From an uncultured bacterium (GTDB lineage: Bacteria; Auribacterota; Erginobacteria; Erginobacterales; Erginobacteraceae): DNA of 64,000 bases. The stretch is from the NCBI GenBank assembly GCA_963822585.1, contig CAWGIE010000019.1, forward strand, positions 224,001-288,000. The letters run 5' to 3'. Of this stretch, positions 9,656-21,546 are shown piece by piece (within the stretch, counting starts at the first letter, position 1; each line of letters opens with the position of its first letter). The translations under genes and the position numbers were made by a program. The notes beneath the pieces are model-generated. The model was not told the origin of the DNA and ran no database searches. It saw only the letters and a program-made list of their open reading frames with translations.

Positions 9656-10225
9656 TCAGGAAGCGGTCCGGAGCACCGGGGAATCGGAAGGGAAATAGTC
9701 GATCTCGATGGCAACCCGGCCGTCTTTTTCGGTCAGCTGGAGATAAATCCGGGTGTGGCCGGTCTCCCAGATGGTCTCCGGGCTCATCGCCTGCCGGAGA
9801 ACCAGCTGATACCGATCCCCCGGGGCGGCGGGGTCGAGATCGCCAACGGCCTCCTCTTTCAGGTTCAGCCGTTCCTCCGACGGTTCTCCGTACTCCTTGA
9901 GCATATATCCGCGGATCTTTTCATAATCGTTCATGACCGTTCCCTGATCGAGCGTCTCCACCGTGTAAATGCCCCGGGCCAGCGTATCCCCGTCGAAATA
10001 ATAAAAGATCGAGGCCCGGACCCCGGCGATCTCTCCCTCATATAAGAGGAGTCCCGGCAGCGCACCGGTCTGCCGGTCTGCGGCTTCCGTCTTCCGCACC
10101 GCCTCCGGCGATGCTCCCCAGCGAACCTGCCGGAAATCCGAAGGTCCCTCATTCTCTTCAGCGTGCAGGGGGTTGAAAGCGACCATGATAAGCACAATCA
10201 CGCCCGGCGCCCAGAGTATTTTCAT
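9656..10225 (-). CDS. Exported hypothetical protein
   Basis: Signal peptide ending LHA; FRQVRWG.S...V motif; AAGGAG RBS. Confidence 0.7.
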   Translation of the reverse strand: MKILWAPGVIVLIMVAFNPLHAEENEGPSDFRQVRWGASPEAVRKTEAADRQTGALPGLLLYEGEIAGVRASIFYYFDGDTLARGIYTVETLDQGTVMNDYEKIRGYMLKEYGEPSEERLNLKEEAVGDLDPAAPGDRYQLVLRQAMSPETIWETGHTRIYLQLTEKDGRVAIEIDYFPSDSPVLRTAS

Positions 10226-10384
10226 AACCTTTCTCCTTCGTTAACTGCTTGGTGGATTTTATCTTATCAGATCTGAACGCTTCCAGGAATATCTTTTACC
10301 CCGCGGCCAGGTTAACTTCCCGGATCGGCAGTTTCATTCATCTCCTCTCCTTAATATTTATATTTTAACTGCCGTGCCAAAATA

Positions 10385-10872
10385 TTACTTTGTGACCGGG
10401 ATGTCGCCGACTTCTCCGAAATAAACCCGGGTGACGCCCCGGACCGCCCAGAGGCCGAAACTGTCCCGGAAGATCCCAAGATCGGCGGTCCCGTCACCAT
10501 CGTAGTCCCCTCTGGCCAGAATCGGAACGATTTCCAATCGTCCCCGGTAATAGACGGAGGCGAGGACGGGGGTATACGCGGCCCAGGCAGCCGGCGACGA
10601 GTCGATCCGGAGGTCCGACCAGCTCTCGTCATCATTCTTCCACCGTTCCGAATAAACGATCGCGATCCTGACCCGGGGATAGGCACTAGGGAGAGCCTCC
10701 CGGGCCCCGCCTTGTTCCCCTTGGCGGGATATTCCCCCACCCCCCACTCGGCCAGAATCAGCGGCTTGCTTGCGGAAAGAGCAGCGATAGTACTGTATGC
10801 CGGCGTCATCAGGGTTTCAAAACTCACCCAGTCCTCATCGATATACTGGGCCCCGTATCCTCTATCCCCCAA
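10385..10872 (-). pseudogene. C-terminal remnant of a GH26-like glycoside hydrolase with one terminal DxDGDG repeat
   Basis: GYGAQ...WVSF...KPLILAEWG in one frame; AREAL...YPRV...ERWKNDD...DLRID then GDYDGDG...GDIPVTK in another; frameshift near 10705; no N-terminus. Confidence 0.6.
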
Positions 10873-10875
10873 CCT

Positions 10876-13800
10876 TTATCTCGTCACCGGCAAATCTCCC
10901 CCGGTCCCGAAGTATGTCCTGCTCCCCCTCCGGATGGCCCAGAGGCCATAGCTCCGGCGGAAGATGGCGCTATCGGTTATCAGGTCACCGTCAAAATCAG
11001 CCCGGAGCGGATAATCAACGCAGCTGCCGTAGTAAAACCGTGAAACTCCCCGGATGGCCCAGAGCGCGGAGGAGCGGGGACGGAAGATCGCCGCTTCCCA
11101 GGATCCGTCGCCGTCATAGTCAGCGGGGAGAGCCCAGTCGTCGGAACCGCCGAAGTAGAACCGGGAGATACCTTTCAGGGCCCAGGTTCCCGTGACGGGG
11201 CGGAAGATAGAGATAGCCGCGGTCCCCGAACCGTCGTAGTCCCCCGGAACGGGGCGATCCCCAAACTTCCCGAAGTAAGCACGGACGCCCCCCCGGACGG
11301 CCCAGAGCCCCGCGGCGGCCCGGAAGATGCCGACGTCGGCGGCGCCGTCACCGTCATAGTCGGCGGGGACGGGGAAATCACCCGGGATACCGTAGTATAC
11401 CCGGGAAATCCCCCGGAGAGCCCAGAGTCCCTGAGACGGCCGGAAGACAGCGACATCGGCGGTCAGGTCGCCGTCGTAATCGCCGGCCACGGGCAGGTCG
11501 CCGGACCTGCCGAAATAGATCCGGGAAATGCCTCTCAGAGCCCAGAGACCCGCTGCCGGGCGGAAGACGGCGATGTCGCTGCTCCCGTCGCCGTCGTAAT
11601 CCCCCGCCTCCAGGATGAAGTCCGGACGGGCTACGGGTGGGCCGCAGGTGGGCGTCGGAACAGGGGTTGGGGTGGTCGGTGGCGGAGCAGTCGGAGAGGC
11701 GGTCGGCGGCGCGGTCCGGGTCGGCGACGGCGACGGCGTCAATGTCGGGGTCGGAGATGCCGGGGCGGACGCGGTCGGGCTGGGGGTCGGGGTGACGGTC
11801 GGTGGTGGAAGGGAAAACGTGTCGATAACGTCGCCGCCACGGGATACGAACGTAAAGGTGATGTGTCCCGCGTCGGCGTCAATCACCATCGCCCCGTAGT
11901 CACCGTTGTAACGGACCTTGCTCTCCGGGAGAGGGGTCCCGAAGCTGTAAATGCTCCTCCCCCCCAGGCCATTGACCAAGTAGGGGATACCGTCGACCTG
12001 GAGGCGTTCGTAGGTATGTGCGTGACCGCTGATAACCGCTGAAGCTCCCCAGAGTGTATAGGGCCACTGCATCCGGGTGGTGGAGCCGTGGACCGTGTCC
12101 GATGAATAAGGGGCATGATGACAGGTGACGATCTTCCAGGGCGCGGTGGAGGAGGCCAGGGCGGCCTCGAGCCACGCTGCCTGGGTCGAGCTGTCGTCGG
12201 CACCGTCCGGTTCTCGGCTGTCGCTGTCGAGGAAGAAGAGATGGACCGGTCCGTATTCGAAGTCATAATAGCGTTCGTTGCCGGGGAGCGTGAAATAGTC
12301 GAAGTACGGACCGCCGCAGACGGCGGCGCAGGTCAGGGAGTTCCAGTCGTGGTTGCCGAGGGAAGAAAAGAAGCGGTTTGAATCCGCCCCCGTTCCATAT
12401 CCGCCGGCATAGGGATAAATAAATTCGTGGTAGTACTGCCCGATATTGTCGTCAATGGTGGCGGAGGCGCCGTCCGGATAGTTGTTGTCGCCGGCTGTAA
12501 TAATCAGGTCCGGCCCCCATCCCTCCACCAGGTCGGCGACTTGGGATTCCGGGGTTCCGGCCCATCCATAATCACCAATGACGGCAAATCGGACCGCCAG
12601 GGGTGGCGACGGTGTGGGCGACGGCGAACGGGTCCCGGTGGGTGCCGCAGTGGGGGTCGGCGTCACCGAGGGGGAGGGGGTGACACTCGGCGTCGGGGTG
12701 GGCGACGCTGACGGAGACGGTGTCGCTGTTGGCGTTGGCGATGAGGTCGGGGGTATCGTCGGTGTCGGGGTCGCGGTCGGCGTCGCCGAAGGGGACGGTG
12801 TCGGCGGCATCGAGGGCGACGGGGTCGGCGTCGGCGAAGGGGACGGGCTCGGGGTGGGAGTCACGCTCGGCGATGCGGTCGAGGTTGGAGTCGGAGATGG
12901 CGTCAAAGAGGGGGATGGGGTTACCGTCGGAGTCGGCGTAGGCGAGGGTGAAGGCGTCGGAGTCAAAGACGGCGTCACCGTGGGTGACGACGTTGGCGTG
13001 ACTGACGAGGTCGGTATAACGGTTGGGGTGGGAGTCACGCTCGGCGTTGCGGTCGGGGTCGGGGTCGGGGATGGCGTCGGCGTGGGGGACGGTGTTGTCG
13101 TCGGAGTCGGTGTCGGCGTTGCTGAAGGCGTCGGAGTCAATGACGGCGTCATCGTGGGCGACGGCGATGGTGTGATCGACGGGGTCGGTGAAATCGGGGT
13201 CGGTGTACGGCTCGGCGTGGGAATAACCGGTGACGGCGACGGGGTGGGAGTGATCGGTGTCGGGGTCGCGGTGGGTGGCGCCGTCGGGGTAGACGATGGC
13301 GGCGGCGACGGAGCAACCGACGGAGTCGGGGTAACCGATGGTGTCGGCGTCGGCGTAAGTGACGGGGTCGGGGTCGAGGAAGGCGACGGTGTGGGGGTGG
13401 GGGTCCGGGACGGTGTCGGCGACGGGGTGGTCGAGGGCGACGGCGTAAGTGAAGGGGTTGGGGTTGGCGATGGAGACGGCGTGGGAGTGGGGGTCCGGGA
13501 CGGTGTCGGTGACGGTGTACTCGAGGGGGTGGGGGTCGCGGTCGGTGTTACTGTCGGGGTACGTGACGGTGTCGTCGACGGAGTAACCGATGGAGTCGGG
13601 GTTACCGATGGCGTCGGCGTAGGGGTCAGTGAGGGGGTCGACGACGGAGTCGGCGTTGTTGATGGGGTCGGAGACGGCGAAGGCGGCGGGGTTGTTGTGG
13701 GGGTGACCGTCGGTGAGGCGGACGGCGACGGCGATGGTGGCGCCGTGGCGGTCGGGGCCGGTGTTGTCGACGGTGACGGAGTCGGTGTCGGGGTTCTCGT

Positions 13801-16800
13801 CGGCTGCGGGCCGGGATCGGGGGCGTCACCCGTCCAGTTGTCGGGATCGTTACCGGAGACGTCGGTATTCAGTCGATGCAATGAATCCCCCCCGCCGTCC
13901 GGGGTCGCCGGCCAGGGATCGCGGTCAAAGTAGATGACCTCATCTACGATTCCCCAGGAAACCCCCTCGCTGACGACATCGGGCGCCTGGGGCTTCTCGA
14001 GGGAGACCCGCTCGCCGCCGTTGGAAAGGTCACCCTGATACGGCCCCGCGAAATCGGCGTCCAGGCTTCCCGGGTAGGCCGCCTGGAAGTCCGCCAGCGC
14101 CCCGGGGTCTGTCTGAGGGTTGAAACCGACTACCAGGAGAACACCCCCGGAGGTGAGGGTTTCGGTGAAAAAGGTGAAGGAGACCCCCCCATCTATCCTC
14201 CAGCCTCCCTCCGCGTTCCAGAGACCGATCGATTCCGAGGTCGGGTTGGAGATCTCGATGTATTCTTTGTCCTTGTCGTTGTCAGGCGGATGGTACATGA
14301 ATTCGGTAATCACCGGGGCCGGATGGGGACCGGTATTGGCGGCGTCCCGGGTGGCGGTCATCGCGTACCAGTAAGGGTCGCCGTCGGGATACCGTCCCAG
14401 GGTGACGCCGTTCTCTTGCGCCTTGAAGCGGACGCCGTCCACCACCCGGTCAGCCGACGTTCCCGGGAAGTGAGATAGAAGCACCTCCTCCCCGGCCTTG
14501 TTCAGTCCGAACCCTTCGGTAATCGGGTTGTGGAAGTCGTTGACCTCGTCGAAGCTGATCCTTCCGCCGGCCGGGATAATCACCGATCCGGGGACGGCCC
14601 ACTTGGCCGGTGTCCCCCGGTCGTCGGAAAGATACCAGCCGGAGATATCGATCGGGGAGCCGGTGGGATTATAGAGTTCGATCCAGTCGTTGGAATCGTA
14701 AGGAGGAACCGGGTAATCGGTGTGGGCGGCGATCTCATTCACGACCACGCTGTCGGGCGGATCGGGGTCCGCGGCCCCGGGAGATCCCTTGCTGTAGGCG
14801 CTGTTCCGCCAGTTCCCGCCGTAGTCAAGCGAACCGTCGGCCTGGCCGTCCAGTGCCGCGGGGAGGGGCACCAGGGAGTGTCCCGAGCCGTCCGCCGCCA
14901 GCGGCCAGCCCCGCCCGTCATTATAGGTAAAATCGGAAAGGACCGTTCCCCCGGCCGATATTTTCAGGGAGACCTTCTCCCCCCCGTTGGAGAGGTTGCC
15001 TCCGTAGGGCCCCATGATCGGGACCGCGGGATCGAGGTTGTAGTGCGACCGGAAGGCGGCGGTATCGTCGCTCCCGATGACCAGGTAATAGCTCTCGGGG
15101 AGGAGGGAGGTGCCGGCGGGGATGACGAAATCGACTCCGTCGGTGAAGGTGACGCCGTCCAGAAGCAGGGTGACGGTCGGGCTGGTATTATAGAGTTCGA
15201 TGAACTCGTAGGCGTTACCGGCGGGCGGATTGTACATCAGCTCGGTGATTCGAAGGTGATCGACCAGGGCCTGGGCATTAACCGGGTCGCCGGTTACGGT
15301 CGTCTGGCCGACGAAGCTCCCCTCGTCATCGCTCAGGACAAGGGTAAAGCTGAAGTTCGAGAGGCGGCCTTCATAGTTGCCCTGGACGAAACGCTTCTCT
15401 CCTCCGGTCGGACTTGAAGCCCGAGCCCGGAATACTTTCGCGTCCGGAGAGACAAAGATCGAATCCCCGGCCCGGATAACGGTCCCGGGTTCGAACGTGT
15501 GTTTGACCGCCCCGGAGATGCTCCAGCCGGAGACGTCGGCCGCGAAGCCGTTGGGGTTGACGATCTCGACGAACTCCTCATCCTGATCCCCGGAAACCGG
15601 GTCGTAGTCGATTTCTCCGAAGGAGAGGGGGAAGGTGTCGGTCTGGGCGTTGGGGATCCCGGCGTTATCCGGATAACCGGGGTTCCCGATACCGTGATCG
15701 ACATAGAGATGCGTCCGCCGGACGGCGAGGTAGTCGTCTTCCAGAATCTCCAGCGCCTGGGCGAAAGACTGGTCGTATCCCCACGGCCAGGGATCGCACC
15801 AGGCGGCATAGTCAAGGGCCACGTCCGGGTCCATCTGCGTCTTCAGCTCGGCGATCCTGGTTTCGAACGCCAGCTCCGCCGGAGGTGTCCCGGGAGGCTG
15901 GAGCAGTTCATCCATCAGCGTCCGGAGACGGCGCAGGTACATATCCCGGACCTCGGGCGTGTCGAGGAGCGCGTCGATGAATCGGTTCCATTGCTCGTCG
16001 TACTTCTGATGGTCCGAGTTTCCGAAAAAAGGGTGGCTGGGGGAAACGTACGACGGTTTCCCCGGCAGCTGATCCTCGTTCGCCCAGATAGTGTCGTTAA
16101 GGACCCCGCCGGCGTTGTAGTTTCTCCCCAGGGTCAAATCCTTGTCCCAGGGGATGAAGGACCACTCCCCGGTCCCCTCGGTATCGCGGTAAAGATAATA
16201 GTTCTTTTTTACGTGATCGTTGTCGTGGATGATCGCCGTGGCCGCGACGTAGTTGACGCAGGCGGCCAGGTCCACGGTATCGAAAAGAAATATATCCCGG
16301 TCCGGGTTCGAGGGGTTCACCCCATCCACCAGGTCCTGGAGGTCCGCGTTGTTCTCGTCCCGGCGGGTCTTCTTCTCGACGCCGGAGACCGCCGAGGTGC
16401 AATCGTTGTACATCTTGTAGAGAGCCCCGTTGTCATCGATATCGAGGCGACGGAGCATATACTTGTCCGGCTGTTCGACAAAGACGGCCACGCTGAAGAA
16501 GGCGTCATTCTGCTGCACCCGGAGGGGAAAGGAGCGGGAACCGGGGTTGCCGGCGTTCTCGTAAGTCTCCCAGCAGAGAGTCTGGCGGATATATGCCTTG
16601 TCTCCGTAAGTGCTCTGGAGGTTGATCTCCTCCGCCTTCACGCCCGGCTCGAACTCGAAATGGTAGTTGGGGTTGAAGTCGAACTTGTAGTTCCGCTTGG
16701 ACCAGGTCGCCGATGACCCTCCCCGCCGCCGCACGAAGACGTTGTCGTAAAAGGTGTCGCCGTAGAAGAGCGAACAGCGGGTGCCGGCATCTGTCCGGGC

Positions 16801-18276
16801 GGCGGCCGGGTCCGCGACGAACCAGTGGAGCAGGGGAAGAGAACTGGTCAGGGCGGGATCGTTGACGATCGTTCCCTGGTATTTCGGCGATCCGGTCGGG
16901 TCGCTGAAAAAAGGCCAGCGGGAAGAGTTTCCCCCGGTGTCGAAGGCCCGGACATAATAGCGGATCATCTCCCCCGGGGATGACGCGGAGGCCGGTATTG
17001 AACCGGAGTAGATCCCATCGGCAGCGGTCTGGTCGGGCCAGGACCCGTTGTCCGTCATCGCGACGGCGGTCTCGCCGCCGAACATCACCCGGTAATAGAG
17101 GGTAACCGCCGAGATGGGATCGAACGCTTCCCCGACTGAGGCCTCGACCGCCAGATCCTCACCATCTTCAGGGACGGCGGGCAGATGGGAAACGCCCGAA
17201 ATGATGGGCCCGAGATCGGCGGGACCGGCCCCGTTGGCGGAGCCGGGTGTCGGATCGGTAAAATAGCGGGGATCGCCCACTTCCAGCACGGCCTCCTCCC
17301 CCTCCAGTTCCGGAGTGATCAGGAAGTCCACGTTGGTCGAACTCCGGTTAAGGCCCTGCACGGCCAGAACGTTGGTCCCGACGAAAAGAAGATCGCGGTC
17401 CGTGGACAGATCGAAGGGGGTGAAGACGACCGCCGCGGAATCGGAACGGGTTGCGGGGGCGCTCGAATTCCAGGCCAGAGTAGCGGGGACGTTGTCCCGG
17501 GCCACCTCCACCCCATTGAGATAGGCCGCGAAGCCGTCGTCATACTGCATCCGGAGCGTCAGAGAGACGAGCCGCGAGGGGTCGGTCACGGTGAAGGGTA
17601 TCCGTATGTAGGCGCTGGAGTTGACGTTATACATTATCGACTCGACATCAAGTCCGATGATGCTTTCATACCCGGAGCCCCGCTCGTACCCGACGGCGGT
17701 CGTGCCGCTGGTCCAGCCCGAGTCATCGAATGACGGGTCGGTCCAGCCGGCCCCGTCGCCGGAATAGGTTGGTATCAGGACCCGCGTGGTGGCCCCGGCG
17801 GTAAAGAAAGGCACGGCGTCGCTCATCTGGACGAGGCCGTAGGAGATATCGGTAAGCTGTTCCGGATACCCGGGAGCGTATTCGGAAGAGACGGTCACGC
17901 CGTCCGGTTCCACCAGGCCGAGATATCCGCCGGAGGCGCTCAATTTGAAGTTGGTATGGAGTTCCTGTCCCGGGACCGCCCGGTTCTTGTTCGAGGCGAA
18001 GACCACCAGGAACGCGGCGGGATCGAGAGACGTGCTCGGGAACTGCCACTTGGTGAGTTCACCCTCGTCGTCGGTCAGATACCAGCCGTCCAGATCGACC
18101 GCCGATGCCCCGGCGTTGAAGATCTCAATCCAGTCGGAGTAATCCCCGTCCTCATCGGCGAGGGTGGTGGCGTTGCTGGCCATGAACTCGCTGATCAGCA
18201 CATTTCCCGCGGCGGCCGTGACCGCGGGGAAGAACAGGATCAGGATAGTGAGAGATATGTTTCTGGCGGTAACCAT
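10876..18276 (-). CDS. 2466-aa exported protein: lamin-tail domains, CotH-type kinase, Pro/Thr stalk, metallophosphoesterase, six-repeat C-terminal module
   Basis: Signal peptide; LTD motifs ([22 protein letters not shown]); CotH motifs [36 protein letters not shown]; phosphoesterase motifs [22 protein letters not shown]; six GDYDGDG repeats ending GDLPVTR. Confidence 0.88.
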   Translation of the reverse strand: MVTARNISLTILILFFPAVTAAAGNVLISEFMASNATTLADEDGDYSDWIEIFNAGASAVDLDGWYLTDDEGELTKWQFPSTSLDPAAFLVVFASNKNRAVPGQELHTNFKLSASGGYLGLVEPDGVTVSSEYAPGYPEQLTDISYGLVQMSDAVPFFTAGATTRVLIPTYSGDGAGWTDPSFDDSGWTSGTTAVGYERGSGYESIIGLDVESIMYNVNSSAYIRIPFTVTDPSRLVSLTLRMQYDDGFAAYLNGVEVARDNVPATLAWNSSAPATRSDSAAVVFTPFDLSTDRDLLFVGTNVLAVQGLNRSSTNVDFLITPELEGEEAVLEVGDPRYFTDPTPGSANGAGPADLGPIISGVSHLPAVPEDGEDLAVEASVGEAFDPISAVTLYYRVMFGGETAVAMTDNGSWPDQTAADGIYSGSIPASASSPGEMIRYYVRAFDTGGNSSRWPFFSDPTGSPKYQGTIVNDPALTSSLPLLHWFVADPAAARTDAGTRCSLFYGDTFYDNVFVRRRGGSSATWSKRNYKFDFNPNYHFEFEPGVKAEEINLQSTYGDKAYIRQTLCWETYENAGNPGSRSFPLRVQQNDAFFSVAVFVEQPDKYMLRRLDIDDNGALYKMYNDCTSAVSGVEKKTRRDENNADLQDLVDGVNPSNPDRDIFLFDTVDLAACVNYVAATAIIHDNDHVKKNYYLYRDTEGTGEWSFIPWDKDLTLGRNYNAGGVLNDTIWANEDQLPGKPSYVSPSHPFFGNSDHQKYDEQWNRFIDALLDTPEVRDMYLRRLRTLMDELLQPPGTPPAELAFETRIAELKTQMDPDVALDYAAWCDPWPWGYDQSFAQALEILEDDYLAVRRTHLYVDHGIGNPGYPDNAGIPNAQTDTFPLSFGEIDYDPVSGDQDEEFVEIVNPNGFAADVSGWSISGAVKHTFEPGTVIRAGDSIFVSPDAKVFRARASSPTGGEKRFVQGNYEGRLSNFSFTLVLSDDEGSFVGQTTVTGDPVNAQALVDHLRITELMYNPPAGNAYEFIELYNTSPTVTLLLDGVTFTDGVDFVIPAGTSLLPESYYLVIGSDDTAAFRSHYNLDPAVPIMGPYGGNLSNGGEKVSLKISAGGTVLSDFTYNDGRGWPLAADGSGHSLVPLPAALDGQADGSLDYGGNWRNSAYSKGSPGAADPDPPDSVVVNEIAAHTDYPVPPYDSNDWIELYNPTGSPIDISGWYLSDDRGTPAKWAVPGSVIIPAGGRISFDEVNDFHNPITEGFGLNKAGEEVLLSHFPGTSADRVVDGVRFKAQENGVTLGRYPDGDPYWYAMTATRDAANTGPHPAPVITEFMYHPPDNDKDKEYIEISNPTSESIGLWNAEGGWRIDGGVSFTFFTETLTSGGVLLVVGFNPQTDPGALADFQAAYPGSLDADFAGPYQGDLSNGGERVSLEKPQAPDVVSEGVSWGIVDEVIYFDRDPWPATPDGGGDSLHRLNTDVSGNDPDNWTGDAPDPGPQPTRTPTPTPSPSTTPAPTATAPPSPSPSASPTVTPTTTPPPSPSPTPSTTPTPSSTPSLTPTPTPSVTPTPSVTPSTTPSRTPTVTPTATPTPSSTPSPTPSRTPTPTPSPSPTPTPSLTPSPSTTPSPTPSRTPTPTPSPSSTPTPSLTPTPTPSVTPTPSVAPSPPPSSTPTAPPTATPTPITPTPSPSPVIPTPSRTPTPISPTPSITPSPSPTMTPSLTPTPSATPTPTPTTTPSPTPTPSPTPTPTATPSVTPTPTVIPTSSVTPTSSPTVTPSLTPTPSPSPTPTPTVTPSPSLTPSPTPTSTASPSVTPTPSPSPSPTPTPSPSMPPTPSPSATPTATPTPTIPPTSSPTPTATPSPSASPTPTPSVTPSPSVTPTPTAAPTGTRSPSPTPSPPLAVRFAVIGDYGWAGTPESQVADLVEGWGPDLIITAGDNNYPDGASATIDDNIGQYYHEFIYPYAGGYGTGADSNRFFSSLGNHDWNSLTCAAVCGGPYFDYFTLPGNERYYDFEYGPVHLFFLDSDSREPDGADDSSTQAAWLEAALASSTAPWKIVTCHHAPYSSDTVHGSTTRMQWPYTLWGASAVISGHAHTYERLQVDGIPYLVNGLGGRSIYSFGTPLPESKVRYNGDYGAMVIDADAGHITFTFVSRGGDVIDTFSLPPPTVTPTPSPTASAPASPTPTLTPSPSPTRTAPPTASPTAPPPTTPTPVPTPTCGPPVARPDFILEAGDYDGDGSSDIAVFRPAAGLWALRGISRIYFGRSGDLPVAGDYDGDLTADVAVFRPSQGLWALRGISRVYYGIPGDFPVPADYDGDGAADVGIFRAAAGLWAVRGGVRAYFGKFGDRPVPGDYDGSGTAAISIFRPVTGTWALKGISRFYFGGSDDWALPADYDGDGSWEAAIFRPRSSALWAIRGVSRFYYGSCVDYPLRADFDGDLITDSAIFRRSYGLWAIRRGSRTYFGTGGDLPVTR
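12602..13805 (-). repeat. About 400-codon Pro/Thr/Ser low-complexity linker
   Basis: [11 protein letters not shown] units with varied codons. Confidence 0.9.
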
Positions 18277-18357
18277 CGCGGATAATACAGGCTGTGTATT
18301 GCTCTCCTCGGTACCTCTATGAGACGTATTCTACCCCGCATCTGTTCTTACATATAA

Positions 18358-18404
18358 AATGTATCCCACCATGGCCAAAATGTAAATCCCCCCCGGAGGG
18401 GGAT
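18358..18404 (-). promoter_or_regulatory. Putative activator-dependent promoter of the CotH gene
   Basis: Minus strand: ATCCCCCTCCGGGGGGGA palindrome, TTTACA, 17 bp, TACATT; 22/24 identical to 28815-28838. Confidence 0.6.
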
Positions 18405-18467
18405 GCGGAGTGACCGGCAGAACGTTCGGCGGAGGGATCGTCAGACCGATTGCCGTAATCGGTCCGA

Positions 18468-19580
18468 TTATTTAAAGCGGGCCAGCAGTTGCTGCCACCA
18501 GGGTGGAGAAAACCGGATCGTGACCGTCTCGCCGGGGATGAGCCCGGCATTGTTTTCTTCGGGGACCAGGATAATCCGCCGCAGGTTGCCCATCTCCAGA
18601 CGGTAAGGCGGCAAACCCCCATTTGTACCGATCATCTCGGGCCCCAGGGCCGTCACCCGGGCTTTGATCGCCGCCGCGCCGTTCCTCTCGCGGATCACGT
18701 AGGCGGTCTCGCCCACGGAGGGACCCGGGACGTTCCGTCCCGACATGTAACCGATGACCCGGACAGGTCCCGCCACCGCCAGTGTCATCACCGGGTCGCC
18801 CCCTTTGACCACCTCGCCCGGCTGGTGCAGCACCTCGGACACGGTGCCGGCGCGTTCGGCCCGGAGGCTGTAGGTCTCCCGGCGCAAATTGAGCAGGCCG
18901 ATCTGATGCTGTGTCTCCTCGAGGCCGAGTTCGCTCTCATCGATGTCGAGATCGGGGGGAATTTTTATCGCCCCCCCCAGCACCGCGGCCGCGTCGGCCT
19001 GCTGGGCTCGGGCCCGGGTCAGGTACTCTTCCAGCCTCTTCACGGTTTCCGGGTATAGCTCCACGTTGTGCTTGAGCGCCTCCTGGCGGGCCTTGAACTC
19101 CGCCACCATCTGCGCGTCATCCAGGTTCCGCGGCTCGGCGTAGCGGGCGAAGCGGTTCAATTCCTTGTTGAGCATCGCCAGTTCGGCCGTATCCGAGGCC
19201 TGCCCCATCCTGGCTTTCCGCAGCTCGGTCTCGACGCGAAAAATCACCCGGGCGAACCGGGATTCGATTTTGAGCAGTTCGACTTCCATCTCCGCGTCCA
19301 GTATCCGGCCGTCCATCTGTGCCAGAAGATCGCCGGCTTTGACCGTCTGCCCGGGCTCCGCGTAGACCGCTTTCAGCTGGGCGGTCTCCAGGGGGGCAAC
19401 GGCCTCGGTCGTCACCGCCACGACCCCGGGGATACGCTGTAAACCGCCCTGGCCGAGCATGAGAGCGGCCAAGGCGGCGGCGCCCATCCAGATCAGAAAC
19501 ATCAGCCAGCTTTTCGGGCCCGGGAAGCGGCGGCGGAAAGCTCGGGGCATTTTTTTCTTTCTTGTCGGGCGGTCTGTCAC
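18468..19580 (-). CDS. HlyD-family membrane-fusion / periplasmic adaptor protein
   Basis: One TM helix, PGQTVKAGDLLAQMD lipoyl half-motif, coiled coil, second half LRA..AGTV..V...PGEVVKGG; GTG start overlaps the DUF4956 stop (TAGTG). Confidence 0.8.
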   Translation of the reverse strand: MTDRPTRKKKMPRAFRRRFPGPKSWLMFLIWMGAAALAALMLGQGGLQRIPGVVAVTTEAVAPLETAQLKAVYAEPGQTVKAGDLLAQMDGRILDAEMEVELLKIESRFARVIFRVETELRKARMGQASDTAELAMLNKELNRFARYAEPRNLDDAQMVAEFKARQEALKHNVELYPETVKRLEEYLTRARAQQADAAAVLGGAIKIPPDLDIDESELGLEETQHQIGLLNLRRETYSLRAERAGTVSEVLHQPGEVVKGGDPVMTLAVAGPVRVIGYMSGRNVPGPSVGETAYVIRERNGAAAIKARVTALGPEMIGTNGGLPPYRLEMGNLRRIILVPEENNAGLIPGETVTIRFSPPWWQQLLARFK

Positions 19581-20263
19581 TACTGTTCAACCGTTGAACG
19601 CTGCATGACGAAAGTAACATCCGAGAGTTCCGCGATCCTGCTCAACTCCTCCACCATTCTGGGCTGATATGATGGGTCCGCCAGGCGGACCTGGTAGGCA
19701 TATTCAACCCCCTCACCCTGTAACGAATCCCGGGCGGCGACCAGCTTTCGGGAAGAGCAGTATTCGGAAAGAACCTCGCTCAGCTTCGGAATCCGGGCCG
19801 CGTCTTTTGTCGACACGAAGCGGAGCAGCCCGTCATATTCTCTCCGGGAGGCGAACGGGGCCAGGCGAAGGTAGAGCGCCGCGGCGCAGAAGAATGCCGT
19901 GCCCACGATGACCACGGTGAAGGCCTGGGCGCCGGCGGCGATGCCGATTCCCAGGCTGACGAAGATGAACATCATGTCCCGCGGTTCGCGGATCTGGGTG
20001 CGGAAACGGACGATGGCCAGGGTTCCCAGAAGCCCCAGCCCCCGGGCGAGGTTGTTCCCGATGGCCATGATGACCATGGCCGCCGCCAGGGAGCCCAGGA
20101 TCTGAGCCTGGACGAACGAACGGGAGTAGGAGAGGCCCTGGTACGTCACCCGGTACACATAGGCAACGGCGCTGGAAAGGACAAAGCAGAGGAGAAAAGA
20201 AACGATGAGCTCCTCCACCGTCAGATAACTGATCGGGCCCAGGATTCGCAACATCTGATCCAT
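19580..20263 (-). CDS. DUF4956 family membrane protein
   Basis: YSRSF, IGNNLARGLGLLGTLAIVRFRT..R..RDM.FIF motif; C-terminal soluble domain. Confidence 0.9.
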   Translation of the reverse strand: MDQMLRILGPISYLTVEELIVSFLLCFVLSSAVAYVYRVTYQGLSYSRSFVQAQILGSLAAAMVIMAIGNNLARGLGLLGTLAIVRFRTQIREPRDMMFIFVSLGIGIAAGAQAFTVVIVGTAFFCAAALYLRLAPFASRREYDGLLRFVSTKDAARIPKLSEVLSEYCSSRKLVAARDSLQGEGVEYAYQVRLADPSYQPRMVEELSRIAELSDVTFVMQRSTVEQ

Positions 20264-20264
20264 A

Positions 20265-20377
20265 CAAGTTAGCGCCTCCGGCGCAACTTGTAGTGTAAAG
20301 TGTAATGTTTAAAGTGTAATGAAACTTTCCACTTTATACCTTACACTCCACACTACATTATTGAAATTCCGAAACAG
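20265..20377 (+). mobile_element. 113-bp IS91-like mini-element, copy 3
   Basis: Seven differences from 1524-1636; followed by CAAG, which begins the next element. Confidence 0.7.
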
Positions 20378-20558
20378 CAAGTTAGTTCACTTCGTTCGCA
20401 ACTTGGGGTGAAAAGGTTGCGGTTCCGCGGCTCGAATCGGTTGCGGGGGACGGTTGCGGAACCAGGCCGCCCGCAACCCTTACCCGTTCAATCCCGGTGA
20501 AACCGGGACAACCGTTCAACGATAGCCGTTTTGTTAATACATTGACATTCCGAAGCAG
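20378..20558 (+). mobile_element. 181-bp IS91-like mini-element with different cargo
   Basis: CAAGTTAGTTCACTTCGTTCGCAACTT hairpin at the left; TTGACATTCCGAAGCAG|TAAA at the right, followed by another hairpin start. Confidence 0.6.
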
Positions 20559-20607
20559 TAAATTCGCGCCGCCGGCGCTCATTTAGAATGCGGGCAATCA
20601 CATTCTG

Positions 20608-21384
20608 TCAGACGAACATCTCTTCAATGATACAGTCTACATTCGTCATGTCATTAAAAATCTCGTTGGCGCACATCGCGTTCGCGTACTTGCAGAACCC
20701 CACCCGGGTGAGATCGAATCGTTCCGTCAGCTCCACCATCCAGAGGGGAACGTCCCGGAATGATTTAAGCTCCAGGATCATGCCCGAGAATGGCCAGCCC
20801 ATCTCCAACGAGGAGTCCATCTTCCGCCATTTGTCTCCCGGTCCCGGCAACCGAAAACTGGTGGCCGGCCGGTAAGAAAGCCGGCGGTCGAAGGTGACTC
20901 GGGCGTATTCATCGACCGCGGGATAATAGCATTCGCGCTGATATCTGACCAGCATCACGGGTCGTGCTCCCAGCCTGGTGACCAGGCCGGTGAACTCGAG
21001 ATAAGTCTCTTTCTCCCCGGGTGACCGGAAGGGCAGGGAGAGATCCGGCTGCTGACAGATCTCTTTTCGCCAGAGGGCCGGAGGGATCGCCGACCGGCTC
21101 TTGAAGACCATTCCCTTCACTTTGCGCTTTATCTCGACAAAGACCGGGCTGCTCCGATCCTCCCGGACGTAGGTCCTGACCCTGAGTTTGAACCGGACCG
21201 GTATCTGCTCTATGCTGGCGCGGTAAAGCTCCAGCTCGGGTGTATCCAGATAAAGAGTCGTGACAACATACTCGGGGGGATCGCCCCGGGCAAAGGGGTC
21301 GGGGATGCAGAAGGGCCGGATGAAATCCCTGATGGGCGCCACCTGGGAAGGATGGATGATGTACTTCGCCTCGTGCCGTTCCAT
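20608..21384 (-). CDS. VTC-domain (polyphosphate polymerase-like, TTM/CYTH fold) protein
   Basis: R.E.KY, Y.VTTLYLDTP, RFKLRVRTY, EIKRK, Y.RE.Y, RVTFD, ILELK and F.KY motifs. Confidence 0.9.
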   Translation of the reverse strand: MERHEAKYIIHPSQVAPIRDFIRPFCIPDPFARGDPPEYVVTTLYLDTPELELYRASIEQIPVRFKLRVRTYVREDRSSPVFVEIKRKVKGMVFKSRSAIPPALWRKEICQQPDLSLPFRSPGEKETYLEFTGLVTRLGARPVMLVRYQRECYYPAVDEYARVTFDRRLSYRPATSFRLPGPGDKWRKMDSSLEMGWPFSGMILELKSFRDVPLWMVELTERFDLTRVGFCKYANAMCANEIFNDMTNVDCIIEEMFV

Positions 21385-21386
21385 AA

Positions 21387-21516
21387 TAAATTAGCTCCCT
21401 ACGGTCGCTAATTTATGTGAATAATATTATGTTTATCAAAATATAGATTACGATACGGTTATGAGAATCAGTTCGAGTCCAGCAAATTACACTTAAACGA
21501 TAATTATAATTCCCTA
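21387..21516 (+). mobile_element. Degenerate IS91-like mini-element
   Basis: TAAA-TTAGCTCCCTACGGTCGCTAATTT hairpin at the left; decayed TTATAATTCCCTAT at the right. Confidence 0.4.
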
Positions 21517-21546
21517 TAAATCCGCTTCATCAGCATAATCCGCGGT

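Noticed and set aside
10876..11604. Diversity-generating retroelement among the repeated C-terminal modules
   Set aside because: No reverse transcriptase; copies differ at all base types, with no near-identical template/variable pair
12578..13933. 451-aa plus-strand Val/Gly-rich ORF (also 25046-26173, 44852-45208, 11615-11899)
   Set aside because: Antisense shadows of Pro/Thr linkers, whose codons give no stops on the opposite strand
20265..20585. Stacked elements as a CRISPR-like array or integron attC sites
   Set aside because: Unit lengths are long and unequal. GTT precedes rather than follows the YAAC arm, which is the reverse of attC. Copies are dispersed in both orientations and no integrase is present
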